This document shows, one piece after another, positions 1 to 12,432 of a stretch of DNA of 64,000 nucleotides. Position 1 is the stretch's first letter; each line of letters begins with the position of its first letter. Position numbers and translations under genes: made by a program. Under the pieces are notes generated by a model. The model did no database searches and had not been told where the DNA came from. It saw only the letters and a list, made by a program, of their open reading frames with translations. Source of the stretch: Balanoglossus misakiensis (Eukaryota; Animalia; Hemichordata); assembly GCA_040954595.2 (NCBI GenBank), contig CM082585.2:11015995-11079994 (forward strand), written 5' to 3'.

Positions 1-1329
1 AAGGACCCAGCTGGCTCCATAAGATTATGATGGAAACTATATGTTGAAGTTCTAAGAAGTTTCGGAGGATGTAACGTACAAAAAGTAGTGCCCAAAAACA
101 GAGGTCTCCCTTATCACCGCATCACGCATGCCCAAACTGAATGTCATTAACAATTTACCAATTGAAACATATAACATATCAGTTTCATTTCCCTGAAAAC
201 ATGGTATTTTTCAAGCGCCCAACCATTTTGTCAATCACAGTTACAATTTCTTTCAATGTGTGTGAGCCCTGTCATTTTAAATAATTAGACTTAATATCAT
301 TGTTCATTATTTTAACCTGAAAAAATCGTTGTTTTCAATTTTACGACATAACCAGTTAGCTCCTGAAATGACATAATTGGATCTGTTGAACTCCTTTATC
401 TCCTGATCATTGCGTAACTATATACCTCCGCTGTATGGCAAATGATTTTAACTGTTTCTTTCTTTTTGAAAGTGGTGAAATGTTCATTAAAGGATTAATA
501 CAATGAAGTTGATTATAATGAATGTGTGACATCATGATCCCAACTGTGCACGAGAAAATATGTGAATTTACTATTATTGTATTAACTCTCATGTGAAACA
601 GAAATCAGCTTTGTGTACACATAAGCAAATCTCAACTGTGCTAAAATATCAACATTGAATTATGCCATGATACTATAGTAATGAATGAGCATGTATCTTT
701 TGTATAATAATAAGTGAATGTTTCTGCAATAATTTATTTTTGGACAATTTTTGATAGACTAAACGTTATCAGCTAGACCATTTGGGGAAACATCTTGAGC
801 CTTGCTAAATCATCCACAAAAGAAAAAAGAAAATGGCCATTCAGTATTTTACGTTTTGTCATATTGTGTTAAGGACAAAGAGGGATTAAAAAGTGCCAAA
901 ACAATATCAGAGCGGGACGGGGATAATAGTGTTTTTCATCATTTGGTATTACAACAAGATTATATCGAAATAATAGGGTTTGCTTAAGCTGTTACCATTT
1001 ATTTAGTATTTGGTTTACACTGCTCGTGACAAGTTCAGTTTATATGGGAAGAAAGGCAAAAATACTTAAGCCTTTACACGCCTGTAGATATTAACATTCA
1101 TGCCTTTGTATATGTTAAGTGTGTAGATACCAGAGATGTATAAAAAATCAATGGTTTCAATTTGCATTTCCAAGGTTTGTTTCAAATTTCACTAGTTTAC
1201 AATCTCTTGATTTACATGTTTCTTCATTGTCACGTGACCCTTGCAGAGTTCATTGCGATTTGCGTAAGGATATTTTAGTCTAGTTGCCGGAGTTCACAGT
1301 ACAAAAATTACACGTTGGCCCTAATTAAG

Positions 1330-3223
1330 TGTCTTACCCAAAGTTATCTTGTAATAGACAGTTAAGAATACAAGTGAAATGACGCCAAAGATACGAATAT
1401 TTGAAAGTTTATGAGATGGAAACCGTGTTTCCTAGTCCATCATGAAGGGATGAATCGATTGAGTTTGCATACAAATGATGCGAAAACGGCTATCTGAATT
1501 TCTCTATCACAGGTGCTTACAATTGACTATCTTGTACGGTTGATGAAGCACGTTTTCAGAATCTTAACATTTCTTCCATGTCAAGGAGAATGAATTGTGA
1601 TTCGTCTGGTGGTACTGCTTGCATGAATACGTTATCAAGAACAGAAAAAGATGTCACTGTTTATTTTTGCCAATATATCATACGGTTAATAACATTTGGC
1701 CATGCAAACAAGCCTTTTGTAAGAATGAACGATAATATAATAAAATCATCAATCTTACTTTCTGTAAAATATCTTTTAGTTGTCTCGTTTAGTTGTCTCT
1801 TCTTATGTTCCTAATCCAGTTTAATCGACAAAGGCACGGGAAGCCCGATGCATGCTGACCTATGACCCCGTCAATTACTTCACTTTGCTCACAGCAGCCA
1901 TCCCAGAGAATACCCAATTTTGCAACAAGATGTGCTTATCATCTTTGCTATACCTCTATTCGCTAATCCAAGCGTTTCCATCATTTCCCGGTATGGTTTC
2001 ATGTCGGATTTCAACGAAACGCCAATCAAGGTACTCAAACAGAAATGAAAGAGAAGGATTTAGCGGTGGTTTATTGCCATATTTCAGAAATCCATGATGA
2101 CGCGACTTATTCACACTTTGCTCATAACACAGGATGTGTTTCATGCACGTACCAGATGGTGTAACGAATGAATAGTGTATAAACGTTGGCAAACATTGGT
2201 AAAGCTCACCAAGAGAAGACTTATTATCAATAGCATGTTGTACCAGGATATTATAACACATGTTTATGAAAGTGCAATGGCATACAACATAACAGTCATC
2301 TTGTTCTTTTTGCAAGAGTTTCATATATCTTTCTCTCACGGATTGGATTTTATTCTTTGTAAAGCATGTACTTTGCTGGTTGTCTTTGTTGTACTGTGCT
2401 CCCAATTGCCTATAAATCCATTTATTTGTCGCTGCATAGTCCCACCTTCCCTGGCTCAACATAACAAACTATACTTGGGTGAGCATTTTATATACCCTGT
2501 GGATGAAGTACAGTCAATCAGCTGTTCTGTTCATTTGCTAACAATGCTTAGTGATTGCATATAGCTAAATTGACTGATACTGCATAGCCAACCAATTACT
2601 CACCCAATTAAGCATATTTTGTAATCAAAGATGAACCATTCATCTGACAATCATGTATTTCGTTTCCCGTGTCATATATCTCAGTAAGCTGACGCATTTC
2701 ATACATCCAAACTTTCGTTAAAGGGAAGGGGTGAGATCAAAGGCAATAATTCTGTTTGTCGTGTGCGTGTTTTCCTTATCTACGACCCCTTAGTTTGGAG
2801 ATTTGAAACTGCCATTTTAAAAAACACCTCGTTAACCTTACCACATTTCCGTGACGGATATAGTAAACACTGTTATGGCGTTTTAACCTAATTCAGGGAT
2901 GGTAAAGGAAGTTACATTTATATCAATAGCGCCAGGTTGTCTATTGTCAAACGGACGAAACGCAATATAAACAGGTGCTGAGCCTGGCAACGGAATAGAT
3001 GCCTCTCGCATACACGCACAGGTGCGATTAAACATCGAGTTCTTACCGGAAACGTGAATATTAATGTCATCCAAGAGATGTATACGTCATATGTGCCGAT
3101 GGGTAATTGATAAAGTAAGCACTCGAGTTCGATTATTGCGTTAAGTGACATCAATATCAAAACGATTGTGCGTAAAAAGCAATCGATTATCGATTCTGTT
3201 TGCGTTTGAGTGGACGCTTCCAA
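1330..3223 (-). pseudogene. Decayed intronless coding remnant, probably a transposon or virus fossil; family unassigned
   Basis: Consecutive minus-strand ORF pieces (2918-3223, 2883-3074, 1956-2462) and intervening frames read as protein-like text (e.g. HPFPLTKVWMYEMRQLTEIY; YFTESKIDDFIILSFILTKGLFAWPNVINRMIYWQK) broken by isolated stops and frameshifts. No splice pattern and no diagnostic motif recognised. Boundaries approximate. Confidence 0.35.
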
Positions 3224-6099
3224 GTTCTTGCCGTACCGAGCGAATTATCTGGAACCCAACGGCGCTATCGCGACGAATCTACGACATCAATGACGTCATC
3301 GCCAGTGTCGAAGGACAGCGGCTCCCGGGCGAAATCTGACATGTCCTGTTACTATGAAAGCGGTTTAGATTGATAATCCTGTGAAAGGCTAACCCAATTA
3401 TTCGTGTGGGTATGTTTAATGTAAAATTGGGGATGGATGTCAATTAAAAATTGATCTATCGAGTAACAATGCTGAGAGTAAGGGACAGATTTTGTTTGGT
3501 AGCGAAAACACTTACATGTAGCTATCATTGATTTATACTTAGTCTAGTTTAGTGTACACAACGCAATACATACCCAACTTGTCGTTAAGCTAAAGTAACT
3601 TTGGGATACGAACACAACTGGTTACAGTGATTTTCAGCCAGTTTGCATATGGTTGAGATAACCGAATGACTTCAGTATGACCAACACGCTGAGCAAGATG
3701 AAACATGGACAAGACTTATCAAACACATCTACTTAGAGTCCAACGAAATAGATTTGTATAAGGAGCTCTGATTTCACATTCGGTTGTCTTTGCAAAGAAG
3801 GCCACTTTTCAAACTACAGTAATCTAACCTGCGACTTCCAGCCGTTGGAATTCTCGCGTTTACCCCAGTCCCACGTGGGTGGATTTTTGCTTACTTATTT
3901 AATTAGCAATAGTCACATTAAGACCTAGAAACGTGAGATCATTACCCCACCACAATACCTATTCCTCGGTGGCAGCAAATCCATCCTTTCCCATTTCTCA
4001 TATCTGATTTACGAGTCTCCAGTGTCCTTTGTTGTCGGAAGAGATATCGTGGACAGCAGTCTCGTATACCTCGTTAAAAGCCGGGCAACGCGTACCCTAG
4101 TCTGCGTTGGCTTTATCGCTGTATCATCAGGGGCTTGAAAGACAAGTAGGAGAGGGAAGCACAAAGACTAAGTGTGTGGAAATTGAGAATCCAGCGACAC
4201 CGTGCTTGGAAATAAGCAACATGGAACAAGGGAGGCTATACAGAAAATCTGAGGTGTACCGGATAATCATGCTTTGGGAGTCAGGTGGCGGTGCTGTATG
4301 ATCTCACTGCTTTCCTGGAACCTGGGTAGACTTACAGATTCCCTGCAAATGCAGGTGGGATGCTTGGAGCTTACATGTTCTTGAAGTTGAAATCGCTAAA
4401 GCTGATTTCCAATCTTAGCTAAGGCTTAATTCTTTTAATTACATTCTTACTGGCACGCCTTGTTAAGTATATGAGTAACTTGTACACCTATTTTCTAGAA
4501 AATAGTAAGGACACATGGCGATGACCTACAGTGTACCCATCTGGTGGCTCTATGAAATGTTCTAATAACCTAGCTGATGGCACACACTTCGCGAAGGCAT
4601 CACCCGCGAGAGAGATCTGTGACTGGCAAGATCTCAGATGTCCATGGTATCTGTGGCTAGTTTGATAGAAGTTTACTACAACACGACATTACAGAAACGT
4701 TGAGTGCCCAGAAAGAATAATTCAGTGTACAGGTGTATTCAGAATATCATTCCTTCGGCGCTAAATGTTCGGTGCCTACACACCTACGATAAGGGCTGTA
4801 TACACTAAATTTGTCGCCGTCGTGATATCACGTAGTGTTTCAGCACTTAGTCCTTATAAGTAAAATGTCATATTTGATTACAGGAAGGGTGCTCACCACA
4901 AATTTACATGCACTCAGAACGCGAGAAATACCCCTTTTATCGCCCTGCCGCCCGCTCTCCGCGACCTCTGCAAAGCAAAGTCAAAATGTTCATCCAACGA
5001 ATTCAGAGACCGAGCAGACATATAAATCGAAAAAAATTACACAAATAATATTATGGCTTTTCTATTATCATTCTTATAACTCTGGCTCGCTGCTGTTTAT
5101 TCAATTAATAAATCTCAAATTAGATCAAAATCACTCATTCGCTCTGTACCTTGGGTTAATATGGTTTATTCTGGACCATGGGGAATACATTTTATAAGGT
5201 GTCACAGCGAAATATAAATAGAGTGTTGTCTTAAAATAACCGGGACCTGTATAGTTTATTAAATGCCATGTAGTATGTACGGTATTGTAAAAATGGAAAC
5301 TTGCTTCACACAGTGAATTACATCTATATGTTATTTGACATTTTGTTCAAACTTGTGAAATCGATGAATGGAGCGACCCCAAAGATTGATAGAGGGCGCT
5401 TGCTACCCCTGAGTTACGTTAGAGTATTTAACCCTGCTATTTTATGCCGAGGGCGTTGCGCTTGTGGCGTGGAAACTGAAATGAATGAGTGTTTATATTT
5501 CACGGATTAATTGAAAAGGACACTGTTTGAAATGAACAAATGCGACTAACAAGCCCCGTCTGTCAAATGTGATTTCCACGCTTTTTCATTATCAGCTAAA
5601 ATACGGAGAACTGCAAACCCCTGCGGAGACATTAAGAATGTGTTTGTCACCGCTCCTTAGAGCGGCGAACCCCCTTCCGGCCTAATTAATACCCCTGCTG
5701 TCTTAAATAAAGGTAAATGATGAACTCGATGCAAACTATGCTAATGGCGACTCAGTTGTTGTCTCCCCTGATTCAACTACTGACAGTTTATTGATTAAAC
5801 CAGTTTACACTTGCACAGCCAAGGAGTCCCAGATTCAGCTTTATGCCGCCAGTGTATAGGATAGGGATCTAAGATGGCGGTGGAACACCAGACGATAGAC
5901 GACGCAGGAGGGCGGACAACATACAAAGCATCTGAATGTTTATTTCAAGTAACAGTTTCCATACATTTTGAATTTTACAAAAAAAGATACCCAATATGAT
6001 AATATATGTAATTTACTTGTACGAGAGGTCTTTCTAAAATCAAGGTCAGTTTATACATTAACTCTTGATAGTAACTACGTAGAAATGGTCTGTGATTAT

Positions 6100-9000
6100 T
6101 CATAAAGTCGTCATTTCAGCTTCCCCCGTTCTTGATTGCTGTTTTCTTCTTCGCCTTTCAGGAAAAAAAATAGTTATAATATTTCAGTCATTCTAGAATG
6201 TGAATGTTTGCGCTTACAGGGCCAGCTCTCAAAGATTATGTACGTGGTGATAACAGACAGTGTAAAGAAAAGGTAGTGTATCATTAGATTAAGGGTAAAT
6301 GTATTTCTTAGCTTTATCTAAACGTGGGTATTTTTTGGAATTGAAATATGGCTATTTGATGTCCAAACGGTCTTGTGGACTTACCTGAATTGAACAATGA
6401 ATATCACTACAACCCAAAATGCAGACACACAATCAAAGATCAACCAAATGGTTAGGTACTGGTTTGGGGTCTGAAAAAATAGGATATGGTAATAAATTAA
6501 ATTATCAAACATTCATAACGCTCTACTGCTGACATCCTGAAGAAATATTAACACATAGGTAGTTCCTCGCTACGTACCAACATCCACAGTGGCTTTTGTA
6601 AACGTTTGGCGCTCTTGCAATCACTTGTTGTCACAGAGGGCGCTGAGGCACACCAGTATAGGGACAACATCCAATCCATGTTCACCGACCACGTGTTCGT
6701 CCAAATGTTTTGATCGCGATTGACACTAAACAAAGAAAGACACACAAAATGTCGCTGAAAATGCAAATGTATTTTGGAACATACAAATACATGAATACCT
6801 TTCGCACAAAACAATTAACGTTGCTATCAAAAGACAAATCTGCAAAGATGAAAAATGACCACCCCTGGTAATAATGCAAACAACATATAAACAGTCCTTA
6901 CCTTATCTTTTTGAAGTAATACCCGACGTAATAATTTTCAACACCTTCATAAGCCGTGTTTCGTAAGATGGTCATAACAGCATAGCCATCTGGTGTGATG
7001 TGGTAATGCTGGAAACACAATACATCCAGGCATGTAAATTTGATTCAAGTTGGTGAATACATGGACACAATTGTATCTATTTATGTATGTGTGCATTCAT
7101 ACATAATAGATAAATCATGAAATAAAGCGTAGATATAATGTTAACTAATAATAAATCAAAACAAATCACGATCATGCAACCGGTGCAGCGGACAACATCC
7201 TTCAATTTAAGTATCTCCAAAACCTAGATGCTCACAAGATCTGTTGAAGAAATGCCAGCGTCTTCGATGACTTGCCTCACAGTTGGCAACCAATTTGTCT
7301 CGTATGGATGGCCCTCTGGTGGTGGTCTGACATCAAACATGAGACTCAGGTTGTACTTGTTAGCTACATCTAACAACTCGGCTAAGGTTGGGATAGTCTG
7401 GTTGCGGTATTTCCTTATCGTGTCCGGGGAAAGAGATGATGCAATGTTGAATGGGTCATCCTGTATGAAAAGAAAAGCATATCATGTTAGATCAACGAAT
7501 GGACTCTACTATAAGTCTCCATATTGATGAGAGTGAATGTGATTAACCCTTTTGCCACCATGGTCTGGTCCAAATCCATTGTTTTCTATAGTGATTTTGA
7601 GCTCTATTGCGGGAACTGGGGTTGAACAGGTTAAGGATGATTACCTGTACAAACCAAGATCCGGCATCGAGCTGCTTAAGTTCTGACATCAAAAAGGACC
7701 CGGATGTCTTTTTCGTCTGCTGAGGAAACACCTCTGCAATGTTTGTTGTCCGTGTCAATATATCATCATGGAACATAAAGGGTACACCATCATAGCTGGA
7801 AGACAAAAAAACAGCTAGCCATGATCCCTACACATTGCAAATAACCCCGAATGTGTTTAAATTGTAGAATCAATATCAGAAACAAGCTAGATTCAAGACC
7901 AGAGAGAAAACTATATTGTTCCAACGACCCTGGGTTGGTACACAATAAACTTGGACAATACGTACCTTATTCTACAGTCAGACTCGATGGCAAAAACGTC
8001 GCACTCTTCAGCCGCGACAGTAAAGGATGCAATAGTATTTTCGGGCGCAATCTTGTGAAAGAGAGAAAAAATAGATACAAACCTCTGCCGAATGTTTGAG
8101 ACAAGGTGGTCGTGATTTAGATTGCAAACAGTCTACTTGGTAGATTTTTGTAACTTAAAAAAGCAAACTAACATGCTTGCCATTTCCTTGTGTTGCTGGG
8201 CAACGGTGACGGCGTGTGGTCGCCCATCTTTACGTAAAATCCAGTGTGCATGCTCACTTGAATTAGTTCGTGAATAAAAGGATAACATATATTTTGTCCA
8301 TGCTGGAAGTTTTCTCACCATTTCAGCTCCACGGTGACCAAATATGTGTGGCTTGGTTGGCATCTCGTCGTAGTCCAAAATACAGGGGGAGGTAATTCCG
8401 AGGGGGGACAGGTATAAAAGTAACAGCAAACAGCAAAACAGAATGGTTCCGATGATACACAGGATCGTTTTGCCTGTAGAAAAAGGAACATTCCCAATAA
8501 TGACACATGAGTATTTCTTCTAACATTAGGACACAAGACTGTGATGTGTAGGTAAACAATTTTTAAGAACATGCTCTTACCATTTTTCCGCAATTCTGCG
8601 ACACCACCAGCTACTGGCCAGGTCACAAATGTTATTACCACAACCGCACATACTTGATAAAAAGAGGCTAAAAACTTGGAAGAAAAATAGGAAAAAATAT
8701 CATTTGCAACACATTATCTCATGAAATAAATAAAGTGAAAATTGAGTTGGAAATTTGTACTGGTTAAATTTTCCACACCATGCATTCCGTGCAATAACAA
8801 AAATACTCGGAAAGTGAAGTCTTTCGACCAAATTTTCAAATTACCTTCATTGAAAGATACACAAGTATCCAAGACTCTTTATAAAAATACTGGATAAGTC
8901 CCATCATTATCAAACCATATATAAAGAACACAACTATTAATATCTGAAAATAATATAAAGTTACATGTAATCATAAGAATTAGTTTATCATGTTTACTAA

Positions 9001-10791
9001 GGGCAACGGGGAAGGGGGCTAGTGTATTTGCTACATGGCATCTTTCAACAACACTGAACTAAATTGACTGTGACTAAGCAGAACACTTTGCAATAAATTG
9101 TCCTGGCATGAATCTATTTTGTATAGATGTCGCCACCATCATTTCTGTGTTGTATAAAAACAGGCTCGCCTTGTACTGTTGTAACATCCTTTTATACGTG
9201 GAAAACTGCTATACTGGCTGAAAATAATTAACACTCACAGCCAGTGTTCCTACAACAATATAACTGACTATACATTAAGTAAATAGATACCTGTTTATTT
9301 CTAAACTTGGATCGGATTCTGCAACATTTTTGAGAAAGCTGTGATAGAAAGGAGATCTGCATGATCCTTTATATGAAAAACTAAATCCTGGTTTGACTGA
9401 CTTGAAATTTGTAATAGAGACAGAGTCTGCTGGATACGATCTCTTTGTTTATAACACGAGGCTGTGACTTGGAGACTGGGGCTAAAATGAGCTTGTTTGT
9501 TTGTCAATAAGTTGCAACGAAAATGAACTTTTTTTCATGACATTTCGTTAGCATAATCTCTGAATATGCTATTGTCAGTCAGCTTACCTTATTCAACCAA
9601 TGTATATACAGCTGTTGTTTCAGAATAAAGTGGAATACAGACAGAATCTGTAAGAAAATGTATGTGACCTTCTGTAAGTCGTCTATGACAGATGTTGGCA
9701 GGAAATTCGCGTAAATGAAGACTTCGAAATATTTATAACGCTTCTAATTTTGAAGGTAATTGTGTGAGTGAAATTGTGACATTACGTTAATGTTGTGTGG
9801 ACGATAGATCGAGATGAATGTGTTTGGCGTCGATACACCTTGTTCAGAATTGCTTACCATTGCTACGGACGTAAAGATGAAGACTAAGATGTCCAAAGCG
9901 AGTAATATACTGTACATGTCAGACTTCTGGCCTGTCTTGTCCCAGAATCCCCTACAGACCAATACATTGGCCAGAAAAATACAAGAATTAGAGAAACATT
10001 CTGCGCCTTGCCACTGGCATTACGCTTTAAAAAGTAAAATCGACAATCGGTACGGACTGGTTCTCTTGACGACCTAGATTACAAGACTAAGTTCTGATGA
10101 CGAATATCCAAAATTTTAAGAAGATTTCCCCACATCTAATCTAATGCATTTATGAGTATTGAAGGTGTAATGTTGTTTACCAGTTAAATCTAGCTGCATC
10201 ATTTTCTGTAATAATCCATGTGTACATCACCATTAAATTCAAAAGCCATGCCAGTATGAGAATGGCAAACATAAACCAGTCGATCTAGAAATAAAGATAA
10301 ACTCATGATACATGGTTAAATTTTGACGGGTATAGAAGAAAAGATAAATGAACAATATGGAAAGCGGTCCCAGAAACGCCCGCAAAATGTGTTTGTTTCA
10401 GTGTAAATCAAACCACGGTCACTCCACGATGCAAATGACCGATTTCTGCACAAGTATTATACAAAGTTCATTTTCGATATAGTTGCCTAACACCTTATAT
10501 ATTGGAGTTAACATACATAGCTTTGGGTAAATTTTATCGAGAGGAAAAAAACATCGAAAAAAAGGGTCAGAAAATAAAGCGGTCCCAGAAACGCCCGCAA
10601 AATGTGTTTGTTTCAGTGTAAATCAAACCACGGTCACTCCACGATGCAAATAACAAACAAACAAACAAACAAACAGACAGACAAACTTTTGTACTAACCA
10701 CTTTTGTTTTTGACGATGACCTTGAGGCTGTTCGCCAACGACAACCCAAAAGACCTACAATGAGTGCTATACAGCCATCGCAACAACCCAT
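6100..10791 (-). CDS. Multi-TM glycerophosphodiester phosphodiesterase, GDPD2/GDPD4/GDPD5 (GDE3/GDE6/GDE2) family
   Basis: 14 phase-compatible GT-AG exons: 10791-10699, 10284-10181, 9951-9858, 9647-9588, 8943-8845, 8674-8581, 8473-8319, 8051-7966, 7795-7645, 7460-7236, 7008-6902, 6725-6578, 6470-6385, 6154-6100 (TGA). N-terminal TM segments with ENDAARFNW and LYIHWLNK; catalytic motifs FGHRGAEM-IAPENT, IESD, DGVPFMFHD, LDAGSWF, IPTLAELL; C-terminal TM. AATAAA at about 5939-5944. Exact paralogue not assignable. Confidence 0.93.
10361..10651. repeat. Exact 76-bp direct duplication in GDPD coding intron 1
   Basis: aaagcggtcccagaaacgccc...ccacgatgcaaat occurs identically at 10361-10436 and 10576-10651. 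Confidence 0.9.
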
Positions 10792-11057
10792 CTTGTTTAT
10801 TTTAATGGGGGTGATTAGACACCTGCAATCAAAAGGAAAATATTTGTTTTAACTAGCAATATAAAAAAAAACAGTTCAACGAGAAAAACATTTTGATGAT
10901 GGGAGTAAACATGATAACAGCACACCCAAACTGAAGTATAATGAAATTGTCTTTTGGTGATAATATGGGTATATGGGTAACTGTAAATATGACGCAAAAC
11001 GAGCATGAATGCAAGCAGGAAAATACATAAACAACAAACAAACAAACAAACAAACAA
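10652..11057. repeat. Two (AAAC)n microsatellites flanking the first GDPD coding exon
   Basis: AAAC runs at about 10652-10686 and 11030-11057. Confidence 0.85.
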
Positions 11058-11099
11058 CCATGTCGATGACCTGCAGTGACCTGTACCTTGACCCACACT

Positions 11100-12432
11100 T
11101 TCCCACGCTGACTTAATTTGCATGACAATAACCCAGAATGCAATATACATATCCCTGCTACATATTTGGTATGATTCGATTGTCGATTGCTATGGTACCC
11201 GCAGAGATGCATAGCTCCAATACTGTTATTCTGGCATTATCTGGTTACTTTATATTGTGACGAATTTGCTGTTGACAAAAATCGAAAATAATCTACCACA
11301 TCGATTACATAAGGCCTATTACATGTATTATAAAAAGAGCACAGCTAGTGACTATGAGCCTGGGCCAGTATCAAAATGACATAAACTCTGAAACTCAGCC
11401 TCAGTTTTACTTAGGAAGCATCTGTCTCTATGCAAGCAAAGTGATGTTCAATCGTTGATATGAGAGTCAGCCCTCTTGCGATCAGTCAGAAAGCTGACGA
11501 GGTCACTACTATATATACAGGACATGATCTGGCAACGCGCGTATGACTTAAAATATTGTGCGGGCAAAACGTAGCCCAATCTTAAAATATTCAAGAGTAA
11601 CTAATATTAAGTCTCACCTGGTGAGATCGTGACAAACCCTTCAGTCAAGACTGACTGTCAGAATGCACGCTGACAATGTACTATATATGCAGGGCGTACG
11701 ATTTGGAATCGGCCTAGTTGGCTGACCTCTCCTGTATATTTATGGGCGATGTATGCATTTTTAGGTCAGATTTTGCATAACAATTGTTGGTATTTATACT
11801 GCAATATAACTTTAATAAGTACTATAGTTGGGTACGCCTGGAGTTCGTCAAACAATAAATGACATTGCCAATGGTACAATCTCGATAAACCATATCCAGG
11901 GAAACTCAAGCACTTGTTTCAAACACTTGGATATAAATCTCATACTAGTTCCATCAAAAGAAGCAAGCCTCCTATCGACATGCGTTAATAGATGTGTTGC
12001 CATAGTGTTTTGCCGTCAAATGAACAAATCGTTGGTTCTGCACAGAGTGTGGCTGTTGATTTATTTTATATTTCATGTATGACTCCGATATAACTTCACG
12101 CTTTCTTGCAGCACAGCGTAGCCATGCGCGCGGTCAGGGCAGGGGATCGGGACCAGAAGAAGTTTTACACAAAGTGTGAGAGAGGGCGCTCTGACAGCGA
12201 AACCATTATTTCACCGAGGGGGTCACAGACTCTTGATGTTTACGTAGGTGTTATAAGTTTCCAGCAATTTAGAACTATATTGTGACAATCTCTTGCATAT
12301 AAGTACTATTTTCACATAATCCTTATCCGTTTTGAGGGCATAAAGTTTTCCCTGAACCTTCAGCGAACATTTTGTTGTTTTATTTCTCCCGGCCGATAAT
12401 TTAATCGAGTCCATATGTTCAAGATGGCTGCC
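11100..12432. promoter_or_regulatory. Divergent promoter interval between GDPD and PELP1
   Basis: The start codons (10791 and 12424) face outward 1.6 kb apart. YY1-like AAGATGGCTGCC overlaps the PELP1 ATG (12421-12432); CTCF-core-like AGAGGGCGCT at 12181-12190. Transcription starts not determinable. Confidence 0.5.

Noticed and set aside
3800-4350. Possible decayed LINE 5' region on the minus strand
   Set aside because: Only a vague resemblance; no endonuclease or reverse transcriptase motif recovered.
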